This document shows positions 17,229-25,553 of a stretch of DNA of 32,110 nt, piece by piece. The DNA is from Clostridia bacterium (GTDB lineage Bacteria > Bacillota > Clostridia > Christensenellales > CAG-314). The notes beneath the pieces are model-generated. The model searched no databases and was not told the origin of the DNA. It was given only the letters and a program-made list of their open reading frames with translations. Position 1 is the first letter of the stretch; each line of letters starts with the position of its first letter. The stretch is from assembly GCA_017505015.1 (NCBI GenBank), contig JAFVQA010000165.1, forward strand, positions 1 to 32,110, read 5' to 3'. The position numbers were made by a program, and so were the translations under genes.

Positions 17229-18614
17229 ATGGAATATATAAAACTTGATGCTAAAGGCAAAAAACAATATTACCTTGAAATGCAAAGCGTTATAGACGAG
17301 TTCAACTCAAACGGCAAAAAAACGGTGGTGATTGTAAACGACAATTACTACCCAATTGTCGATGGTGTTTTGACAGTTATTGACAACTATGCAAAAAACC
17401 TTAAAGACAAAATAAACGTGCTTGTTTGTGCCCCTACTCACAGGTGGAAAATACCGTTGAACGATACTGCCGTTTTGTTTTGCAACTCAACCTATTTTCA
17501 CCCTTTGCGCTATGACTACAGCCATGCTAAAGGCGACAAAAAGTTTCGCCGTTTGCTTGACAGTTTGCGCATTGACCTTATGCATATTCACAGCCCATAT
17601 TTTACGGGCAGGTTTATGATAGAATATGCAAATGAAAGGCATATACCGGTTGTTTCAACATTCCACACGCAATATCATCAGGATTTAAAGCGAATACTCA
17701 AACTTGACAGTCTTAAAAACGCCGCACTCGATGCCATTATGAAAGTTTTTCATTTGTCAGACGTGGTGCTCACCATGAACACGGCAACAAAAGACACCCT
17801 TTTGTCATACGGCTTTAACGGTCAGGTGAAAATTTTGCCAAATGGAACGGATATGTCATACGACGGTGACCTTGGCGAACTTAAAAAACTTTGCAACCAA
17901 ACGTATAACGTAAAAGAAGACGAAACAGTTTTTCTTTTTGTTGGCAGACTTATAAAACCAAAAAATATATATCTTATTCTTGATGCGATATATCACCTTG
18001 CCAAAACTCAAAACAACTTTAAAATGATTTACGTTGGCGATGGTGACGAAAAAAGCAAACTTAAAGAAAAAATAAAGGCATACAACCTGCAAAACAAAGT
18101 AATGATGACAGGAAAAGTTCTTGACCAAACTTTGTTAAAGTCACTTTATTGCAGGGCAGATTTATTTTTGTTCCCGAGCATATACGACAGCGACGGCGTT
18201 GTTAAATATGAAGCTGCCGCTTTTGAAACGCCAAGCCTTTTGCTGGAAGGAAGCAATGCTGCATGCGGTGTGACAGACAACCTAAACGGTTTTTTGTGTG
18301 ACGACAACCCAAAAAACATGGCAAACAAAATAGCCCAACTCATGCAGGACAAACCTCTTTTGCAACAGGTTGGTGCTTGTGCAAAACAAACACTTTATAA
18401 AAAGTGGAATGAAATTGCAGACATGGCGTTTGATATTTATATGGACGTTATAACAAAAAACGAACAAATGCCAATAACAAAAGGAAAAGAAAGCATGCGT
18501 GGTGCGCTTAAACATCACCGCAAACGTGTTAAAAAAGGCAGAAAAAACACCAAATTTGTAAAAAAAGCAAGAGAAAAAATTGCAAAAAAACAACAGAAAG
18601 AATCAAAAAAATAA
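17229..18614 (+). CDS. GT4 glycosyltransferase (diacylglycerol glucosyltransferase-like) with a basic C-terminal tail
   Basis: DNYYPIVDGV, HIHSP, FHTQY, FVGRLIKPKN and FPSIYDSDGVVKYEAAA motifs. Confidence 0.9.
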   Translation: MEYIKLDAKGKKQYYLEMQSVIDEFNSNGKKTVVIVNDNYYPIVDGVLTVIDNYAKNLKDKINVLVCAPTHRWKIPLNDTAVLFCNSTYFHPLRYDYSHAKGDKKFRRLLDSLRIDLMHIHSPYFTGRFMIEYANERHIPVVSTFHTQYHQDLKRILKLDSLKNAALDAIMKVFHLSDVVLTMNTATKDTLLSYGFNGQVKILPNGTDMSYDGDLGELKKLCNQTYNVKEDETVFLFVGRLIKPKNIYLILDAIYHLAKTQNNFKMIYVGDGDEKSKLKEKIKAYNLQNKVMMTGKVLDQTLLKSLYCRADLFLFPSIYDSDGVVKYEAAAFETPSLLLEGSNAACGVTDNLNGFLCDDNPKNMANKIAQLMQDKPLLQQVGACAKQTLYKKWNEIADMAFDIYMDVITKNEQMPITKGKESMRGALKHHRKRVKKGRKNTKFVKKAREKIAKKQQKESKK

Positions 18615-18618
18615 AACA

Positions 18619-18648
18619 AAAAAGCATGGTCGTTTGACTATGCTTTTT
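18619..18648. terminator. Bidirectional terminator
   Basis: AAAAAGCATGGTC-gttt-GACTATGCTTTTT. Confidence 0.82.
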
Positions 18649-18653
18649 GCTTT

Positions 18654-20252
18654 TTAGTTTTTGTCAGTTAAAACCTTTTTTCGTTTTTTAAAAACAAGGT
18701 ATTTAAGGTTGTTTCGCCACAGGTTGCCCCAGCTTATAAATATTGCCACACCACCTATAACGTAACATGCAAAGGTAATGATATAGTCGATTTCCCACAG
18801 GCAATAGCCCCACTTTCCGTCAGCAACAACTGCAGACGAAACAAAGGTTGTTCCCACAGAAACAAGCATTAAGCCAAGCATAACGATAACGGCGTTTGCC
18901 CACACAGGCACCTGCAAAATCTGCTCTGTTTTGCCAAGCTCTTCGCGTTCTTGCTTGAGTGCCTCGAGCACACCAAGCACCAAAAAGTTTTGATATATCA
19001 TATAAAAATCCATATCAATAACACTATACATAAACAACTGATAGCAAGTCAAAACTGCAAAAAAACGGAACGTCGAACCGTGGCTGAACAAAACGATATA
19101 TTTACGATAATAGTGATAGCCAAACACAAGCAAACCAAACAAGCCCATGCCTGACATGACGTGCACCAAAATAGCATGTGGTTGATACATAACGTTTTTA
19201 ACAGGGTCAAAAAAGCCAACGCCAAAAAGTTTGTTTGTATTGAACTGTTCGATAAAATAACCCCACAAATAACGACGATCACCGTTTTCAAGACCTTTGT
19301 CAAACATAACGGCAAACAGGTCGGTCACCAGTTTTTGGTTTGTATAAACAAACAACCCAATAACTGCCAGAATAGCCACAACCGTGAGAGTCATTGTTTT
19401 TTTTCGTTTTGTTTTAACCAAAAAATAAACCGCAGCAAAAGGAATTGCAATGAGCAACGCTAAAATGTTACCTCGGCTCATTGTTAGCAAAACCATAATG
19501 GCAAAAAATGCCGCCAGAATCATATACAATGGGTTTTCTTTTTCAAGGCAAACGTACAATGCCATCATAACGGCAAAGCACAGCACAGTCGCTGCATTGT
19601 TTGTAACACCCCAGCCAAGGTCTGTTCGTTTGTGTGCAATAAACCACACAGGGTCGCTTGACTGACAAATTACAACAATCATTTCAAACGCAACAACCAA
19701 ACCAATGGCAATGATAACGTTTGAAATAAGTTTTTTAAACTCTGGCACGTCGCCACTTGACAAAATCACGTAAATAACAAACAACACGGCATAAAGCACA
19801 ACCACTATTGCGTTGTTTTCCAAACTGAACTGGTCTGACAACAAACCGCCAAGTGCAAGTGCAACAAGGCAAAAAGCAAAACTGTTGGAAAGGTTTAAAA
19901 ACTTTTTGTTTTGTCGTGGAAATTTTATTTTGTGATAAACCACACAAAAAATAGCATATGCAAACAAAGCCATTACTGCAACTGCCAAAGTAACTGCCTC
20001 GGCAGGAACACGGCCGGTAGAAATTGACTCAGGAATTTGTTTGAGTGACAAACAATAAGTGGCAAGGCTTGTGATAACTACAAACGGTGTAGCATTTCGT
20101 TGCAAAAGCAAAGTTGTGCATGCAAAACCAACCAGCATAAAAAAGCCGGCAATTTCCCACCCGATAAGCCATATTAACGCAACAGCCAATGCAACTGCAT
20201 ATACAAAAGAAAGGCTGTTTATAAAGTTTTGCGCTTTTTTGATAAACGTCAT
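18654..20252 (-). CDS. O-antigen ligase/Wzy_C family membrane protein
   Basis: Polytopic; LTMSRG, RRYLW, FGVG and PH..GMGLFG motifs; GAGGTG RBS. Confidence 0.82.
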   Translation of the reverse strand: MTFIKKAQNFINSLSFVYAVALAVALIWLIGWEIAGFFMLVGFACTTLLLQRNATPFVVITSLATYCLSLKQIPESISTGRVPAEAVTLAVAVMALFAYAIFCVVYHKIKFPRQNKKFLNLSNSFAFCLVALALGGLLSDQFSLENNAIVVVLYAVLFVIYVILSSGDVPEFKKLISNVIIAIGLVVAFEMIVVICQSSDPVWFIAHKRTDLGWGVTNNAATVLCFAVMMALYVCLEKENPLYMILAAFFAIMVLLTMSRGNILALLIAIPFAAVYFLVKTKRKKTMTLTVVAILAVIGLFVYTNQKLVTDLFAVMFDKGLENGDRRYLWGYFIEQFNTNKLFGVGFFDPVKNVMYQPHAILVHVMSGMGLFGLLVFGYHYYRKYIVLFSHGSTFRFFAVLTCYQLFMYSVIDMDFYMIYQNFLVLGVLEALKQEREELGKTEQILQVPVWANAVIVMLGLMLVSVGTTFVSSAVVADGKWGYCLWEIDYIITFACYVIGGVAIFISWGNLWRNNLKYLVFKKRKKVLTDKN

Positions 20253-20486
20253 CACACACCTCGACAAACATTATACACTATTTTGTCACCTTTTGTCGAT
20301 ACCCTTATTATATTTAGCACAATCAATATAGTTTTAACGTGCATATGTATTGATAAAAGTGCATTTTTGTCGATTTTTTTGACAAAAAGTTAACTTAATT
20401 TTACTTTGCCTTTTTTGTTTGCGTTTTATTTTTTTTTACCATATAATTTTGTTATCTATATATTATCCACAAGGAGGACACTAACT

Positions 20487-21245
20487 ATGAAAATGAAAGA
20501 TAAAGTAGTTATCGTAACAGGTGGCAGCCAAGGCATTGGTCTTGGCATTGCTCGTGCCTTTGCTGCAGAAGGTGCAAGCCTTGCAATCACTGGTCGCAAT
20601 CTTGACAAACTTGAAAAAGCCGCTGAACAAATAAAAGCAGATTATAACGTGCCTGTATTTTGTGTTTCTGCCGACGGCAGTAAAGAAGCTGACGTTAAAA
20701 ACGCAGTAAAACAAATTGCAGAACACTATGGTCGCATTGACAGCATTGTTAACAATGCACAAACTTCTAAATCAGGCCTTACTCTTGTAGAACACACTAC
20801 CGAAGATTTTGACCTTGCTATTTACACAGGTCTTTATGCATCTTTCTGGTATATGCGCGAAGCTTTCCCTTATCTTAAAGAAAGCAAGGGCACAGTTATC
20901 AACTTTGCATCTGGTGCCGGTTTGCACGGCAGACCTGGCCAATCATCTTATGGTGCTGCAAAAGAAGGCATTCGTGGTTTGAGCAGAACTGCTGCAACAG
21001 AATGGGGCGAATTTGGCATTCGTGTAAACGTTGTTTGCCCACTTGCAATGACACCTGGTCTTGCACAATGGAAAGAAGCCTTCCCAGAAATGTATGCAAA
21101 ACAACTTTCTGCAATTCCACTTCGTCGTTTTGGCGATGCACAAGATGATATCGGCAAAGTTTGCGTTTTCCTTGCAAGTGACGATTCTTCTTACATCACT
21201 GGTCAAACAATCGAACTTCAAGGTGGCTCTGCTTTGCGCCCATAA
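20487..21245 (+). CDS. SDR oxidoreductase, bile-acid 12alpha-hydroxysteroid dehydrogenase-like
   Basis: TGGSQGIG, NNAQ and YGAAK motifs; AAGGAGG RBS. The subfamily call rests on remembered similarity. Confidence 0.85.
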   Translation: MKMKDKVVIVTGGSQGIGLGIARAFAAEGASLAITGRNLDKLEKAAEQIKADYNVPVFCVSADGSKEADVKNAVKQIAEHYGRIDSIVNNAQTSKSGLTLVEHTTEDFDLAIYTGLYASFWYMREAFPYLKESKGTVINFASGAGLHGRPGQSSYGAAKEGIRGLSRTAATEWGEFGIRVNVVCPLAMTPGLAQWKEAFPEMYAKQLSAIPLRRFGDAQDDIGKVCVFLASDDSSYITGQTIELQGGSALRP

Positions 21246-21318
21246 GGCACTTGAAAAGTACACGGAAATTGGCTCTGTATAAAGTTTAGTTTTTATGCAA
21301 AACTTTTATGGTGCTGAC
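21246..21318 (+). repeat. Stop-adjacent two-hairpin element, copy A
   Basis: GGCACTT-gaa-AAGTAC..TTGGCTC..AAAGTT..AACTTTTATGGTGCTGAC. Confidence 0.7.
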
Positions 21319-21339
21319 TTGTTGTAGAAGTAATACAAA

Positions 21340-21383
21340 CAAAAACAAAAAGCACAGGAATTTTCCTGTGCTTTTTGTTTTTG
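21340..21383. terminator. Bidirectional terminator (21-bp inverted repeat)
   Basis: CAAAAACAAAAAGCACAGGAA-tt-TTCCTGTGCTTTTTGTTTTTG. Confidence 0.9.
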
Positions 21384-21420
21384 TCTATATCAATTAAATG
21401 TTGAACTGTCTACAAACAGA

Positions 21421-22863
21421 CTACTTGTTCAAAAGGTCGATAGAAAAATCAAGTCGGCGAAGTGATTCTTCTTTGCCCAAAAGGTCTGCAAGTTCTGTTG
21501 CTCCACCCGGTGTGCTTGCCTTGCCAGAAAGTGCCACACGAACAGGCCACAAAACAATGCCGTTTTTAACGCCAAGTTCACCAACCAGACCAATGAGTGT
21601 GTCGTGAATTGAAGTTTCGTTCCATTCGTTCATTGCAACGAATTTTTCTTTAACTTTTGGCAACACGTCTTTTGCAACATCTGGGTTTGTTTTGAGCTTT
21701 TTGTGAGTATAAAGTTCGTTGTCAAATGCCTCAAACTCTTCCAGGAAATTAACAAGATCAGGAATGTCGCCCAAAGTGTCAATGCGTGACTGAATGAGTT
21801 TGCAAAGTTTAACGTAGTCATATTTGCCTGCAACTTTAGATTTGTCAAGAAATGGTGTTGCCATTGAAACAAACTTGTCAAAGTCGAGTTCTTTAATATA
21901 TCTGCCGTTGAGCCAACGAAGTTTTTGTTCGTCAAAGATAGATTGTGATTTTGAAATGCCCTCTACGCCAAACATTTGTTTGAGTTCGTCCATAGAAAGT
22001 TTTTCCTCATTGCCTTTTGGTGACCAGCCCAAAAGTGCAATATAGTTTACGATGGCTTCTGTCAAAAAGCCTTTTTCCAAAAGGTCTGCAAAACTTGCGT
22101 CGCCGTTTCGTTTAGAAAGTTTGTGCTGAGCATCTTTCATGATTGGTGGCAAGTGCATATACATTGGTTGTTCCCAGCCGAAAGCCTTGTACAAAAGGTT
22201 GTATTTTGGTGTTGATGACAAATATTCGATACCACGCATAACAACAGTAATGTTCATAAGGTGGTCGTCAATAACGTTGGCAAAGTTATAAGTTGGCATG
22301 CCGTCTGACTTGATAAGAATGTTGTCTTCCAACTCGCTGTTGTCAATTTCGATATCGCCAAAAACCATGTCGTGATATTTTGTTTTGCCTTCTGTCGGCA
22401 TATTCTGACGGATAACAAAAGGTTCGCCCGCGTCAAGTTTTGCTTGAATTTCTTCTTTAGAAAGGTGCAAGCAATGTTTGTCGTATTTGCGAGCACCGTT
22501 TACGTCTGGCAAATTTTCAAGCCTTTCTTTAGAACAGAAGCAATAATATGCTTCGCCTTTTTCTACAAGTTCCAAAGCATATTTCATATATTCGTTTTTG
22601 CGTTGGCTTTGAACGTATGGACCATATTCGCCACCCACGATTGGGCCTTCGTCATAATCCATGCCAACAGTTTTGAGAGTGTCAAGAATGATGTCAACTG
22701 CACCCTCAACGTATCTTTCCATATCTGTATCTTCAATTCGCAAAATAAATTTGCCGTCGTTTTTGCGTGCAAACAAATAGGCATAAAGCGCTGTGCGCAA
22801 ATTGCCAATGTGCATATAGCCTGTTGGGCTTGGTGCAAAACGAGTGCGAACTTCTTTTATCAT
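21421..22863 (-). CDS. gltX: Glutamyl-tRNA synthetase
   Basis: RFAPSPTGYMHIG, RIEDTD and KLSKR motifs; GGAGGG RBS before the ATG at 22863. Confidence 0.98.
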   Translation of the reverse strand: MIKEVRTRFAPSPTGYMHIGNLRTALYAYLFARKNDGKFILRIEDTDMERYVEGAVDIILDTLKTVGMDYDEGPIVGGEYGPYVQSQRKNEYMKYALELVEKGEAYYCFCSKERLENLPDVNGARKYDKHCLHLSKEEIQAKLDAGEPFVIRQNMPTEGKTKYHDMVFGDIEIDNSELEDNILIKSDGMPTYNFANVIDDHLMNITVVMRGIEYLSSTPKYNLLYKAFGWEQPMYMHLPPIMKDAQHKLSKRNGDASFADLLEKGFLTEAIVNYIALLGWSPKGNEEKLSMDELKQMFGVEGISKSQSIFDEQKLRWLNGRYIKELDFDKFVSMATPFLDKSKVAGKYDYVKLCKLIQSRIDTLGDIPDLVNFLEEFEAFDNELYTHKKLKTNPDVAKDVLPKVKEKFVAMNEWNETSIHDTLIGLVGELGVKNGIVLWPVRVALSGKASTPGGATELADLLGKEESLRRLDFSIDLLNK

Positions 22864-22887
22864 AAATCCCTCCATAAGGTTTTTCTT

Positions 22888-23673
22888 TTATTCTTCAAGC
22901 ACGAGCTCTTGTTTGCCCATGCAACTGTTTCCAAACGTTTTTTGATATTCTTCATTATATTTTAGCAACAAATCCTGTTTGTGAAAACTAAAATATTCGT
23001 CTTTGCCAATAATTATATGTTCTAAAAGAGTTACGTCAATGCTCTTTAATGTGTTAAACAGCATTTTTGTAAAAGCAAGGTCATCGGCAGAAGGTCTTGC
23101 CAGACCACTTGGGTGCGAATGTGCCAAAACAACGCCAACCCCTTTTGACGCATAACAAAAACCCACGATTTCACGTGCAAGCACGTTTATTCTGTTGACT
23201 GACCCGTGCCACGTTTTTACGTTTGTTATTTCATAACTGTTGTCAAGGCAAATTGCAACAAGTTCTTCTCTGTCAGACTCTTCAAGCAAGGTGTTGGCAT
23301 AGTCAAACACCTCGTTAAAACTCATGAGCCTTTTTTTGCTTTTGAGCATTTCCATTTTATATCTGCGAAAAACCGTGAGATAATTTTTAATTATTGTTGC
23401 CGTGTTTTCGCCAACGCCCTTTACAGTAACAAGCTCGCTCACGTCTGCATTTATTATGCCGGTGAGTGAACCAAACTTTTTGAGCAAAGCGTGCGCAATG
23501 CCGTTTGTGTCGCACCTTTTGTTTGCCTGATATAACATCATTTCTACAATTTCGTGCGTTTGATAACTGTCAAGGTCGCCGTTTATTGCCCTTTCACGAA
23601 GACGTTTTCGGTGACCAACGTGCAAATTTTGCTCATTGACGTTTTTGTTTTTGTCGTTGTTTTGCAAATCCAT
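22888..23673 (-). CDS. radC: RadC family JAB-domain protein
   Basis: GHRKRLRER, HhH VKGVGE, and the JAB motif AHSHPSG..PS..D..EHIII. Confidence 0.92.
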   Translation of the reverse strand: MDLQNNDKNKNVNEQNLHVGHRKRLRERAINGDLDSYQTHEIVEMMLYQANKRCDTNGIAHALLKKFGSLTGIINADVSELVTVKGVGENTATIIKNYLTVFRRYKMEMLKSKKRLMSFNEVFDYANTLLEESDREELVAICLDNSYEITNVKTWHGSVNRINVLAREIVGFCYASKGVGVVLAHSHPSGLARPSADDLAFTKMLFNTLKSIDVTLLEHIIIGKDEYFSFHKQDLLLKYNEEYQKTFGNSCMGKQELVLEE

Positions 23674-23741
23674 AGATATATTTTAACACAAAAACAAATT
23701 GAGTCTATATAAATGTAGCACTTTTGTCAAAAATTGTGTAT

Positions 23742-23975
23742 AATATTTGAGTGGTTGTAATCAACCACTCAAATATTTCACGAGTAAAACGTATGTTAAC
23801 ATAACATAGCAAGTGCTAATATGTAACTCTACATAAATTCGAGTATGCATGCCACGAGTAAAATGTATGTTAACATAACATAGCAAGTGCTAATATGTAA
23901 CTCTACATAAATTCGAGTATAATATTACAAAAGTGGTTAGTCATAACCCTGCAAATATTTCACGAGTAAAACGTA
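23742..23975. repeat. Composite array of palindromes and 68-bp direct repeats
   Basis: 16-bp perfect IR at 23742-23777; R1 23779-23846; GCATGC; R2 23853-23920 (one mismatch); degenerate IR 23921-23959; truncated R3 23961-23975. Confidence 0.92.
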
Positions 23976-24248
23976 ATTTTTGCAAAATACAAACAACCGC
24001 ACTTTCATATCTTCACAATTTTTGCCACGCTTTTACAAAGTGTGTGTTGAACGTGCAAAAAAGATTTGACATGAAATAGCAAAGATTTTTTGCTCATTAA
24101 AAAACAAAAAATATAACAAACAAAACGTTATAACCCAACAAAACAAACTAGCAAGCCATACTATTGGGCACTTTTTAAGTGCCTGGTTGCGCCACTTGAC
24201 ATCAAGTGGCATAAATAAAAAAATAAAAGCTGTCAACGAGGTGACAAA

Positions 24249-25520
24249 ATGTCAATAACACAACAGACTTTTGACCAAATGATAGCAACGTTGCAAAAAA
24301 CGTTGCAAATAAACACAATCAAATCTGAAGCGAAACAAGGCATGCCGTTTGGCGAAGGCAATGCAATATGCCTTAAATACGTGCTTGACCTTTGCAAAGA
24401 AATGGGTTTTGAAACGCAAAATTTCGACAACTATGCAGGCCATGCCGACTATGGCGATGGCGACGAAGTTTTTGGCGTGCTTGGTCACCTTGACGTTGTT
24501 CCGGTAAACCCAACAGGCTGGGTTGCAGACCCATTTGGTGGCGAAATTAAAGACGGCGTTTTGTATGGCCGTGGCGTGCTTGACAACAAAGGTCCAATGA
24601 TTGCATGCCTTTATGCAATAAAACAACTTAAAGACGAAGGTTTTAAACCAAGCAAAAAAATAAGAATAATTTTTGGTTGCGACGAAGAGTCTGGCTGGAA
24701 ATGCATGGATTATTATGCAAGCAAAATAAAAATGCCTGACGAAGGTTTTAGCCCAGACGGTGATTTTCCTGTAATAAACGTAGAAAAAGGTCTTGTGCAT
24801 TTTGAAATAAACGCAGGCAAACTGCCAGAAGGCGTTGTTGTTTATGGCGGTGCAAGACCAAACATTGTGCTTGACGAATGTCACGCAGTTTTGCCAGACG
24901 GACAGGAAATTGTTGAATATGGCAAAGCAAGTCACGGCAGTCTGCCAGAATGTGGCATTAACGCAGGGTGGAAAATGTTTGCAAAACTTAACGAACTTTA
25001 TCCACAAAACAAGGCAATAACTTTTGCAAACACAAAAGTTTGCGGTGACTGCAACGGTGGCAACATTGGCATTGGCTGGAGCGATGACGTGAGTGGCAAA
25101 CTCACACTCAACCTTGGTTTTGTAAAAACTGTTGACGGCTGTCTTGTGCTTGGCCTTGACGTGAGATATCCTGTGACGTTTGATTTGCAACAGGTTATTG
25201 ACCAAATAAAATCACAAATGCCACAAGACGCAACTTTGCAGGTTTTTGGTGCACATGCCCCTCTTCACGTGCCTGCAGAAAGCAACCTTGTGCAAACTTT
25301 GCTTAAAGTTTTTAGCGAACAGACAGGAACGAAAGACCCGCAACCAATAGCGGTTGGCGGTGCAACTTATGCAAGGCGTTTGCCTGTTGGCGTTGCGTTT
25401 GGCCCTGTGTTTGACAGCGACGAAAAACTTATTCACGAAACAAACGAAAGAGCAAGTCTTGACCACTTGCGCAAAATGATGAACATATATTACGAAGCAA
25501 TAAAAGCTTTGACAAAATAA
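24249..25520 (+). CDS. M20 family dipeptidase (PepV/Sapep-like)
   Basis: GHLDVVP, GRGVLDNKGP, DEESG, GATYAR and IHETNE motifs. Confidence 0.9.
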   Translation: MSITQQTFDQMIATLQKTLQINTIKSEAKQGMPFGEGNAICLKYVLDLCKEMGFETQNFDNYAGHADYGDGDEVFGVLGHLDVVPVNPTGWVADPFGGEIKDGVLYGRGVLDNKGPMIACLYAIKQLKDEGFKPSKKIRIIFGCDEESGWKCMDYYASKIKMPDEGFSPDGDFPVINVEKGLVHFEINAGKLPEGVVVYGGARPNIVLDECHAVLPDGQEIVEYGKASHGSLPECGINAGWKMFAKLNELYPQNKAITFANTKVCGDCNGGNIGIGWSDDVSGKLTLNLGFVKTVDGCLVLGLDVRYPVTFDLQQVIDQIKSQMPQDATLQVFGAHAPLHVPAESNLVQTLLKVFSEQTGTKDPQPIAVGGATYARRLPVGVAFGPVFDSDEKLIHETNERASLDHLRKMMNIYYEAIKALTK

Positions 25521-25553
25521 TTTGCTAAATAATTTATTTTACGGAAGTTAACT

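Noticed and set aside
21246-21318. tracrRNA-like 3' end (ACTT-gaaa-AAGT..GGTGCT)
   Set aside because: Only short motif resemblance; no anti-repeat or cas9, and the element is multi-copy after stop codons.
23742-23975. CRISPR array
   Set aside because: The repeats are 68 bp with 6-bp and ~40-bp palindromic spacers that resemble the flanking palindrome; no cas genes.
23976-24248. T-box leader for pepV-argS (also sought for metG and gltX)
   Set aside because: No T-box consensus (GGTGGNACC) or matching terminator was found.
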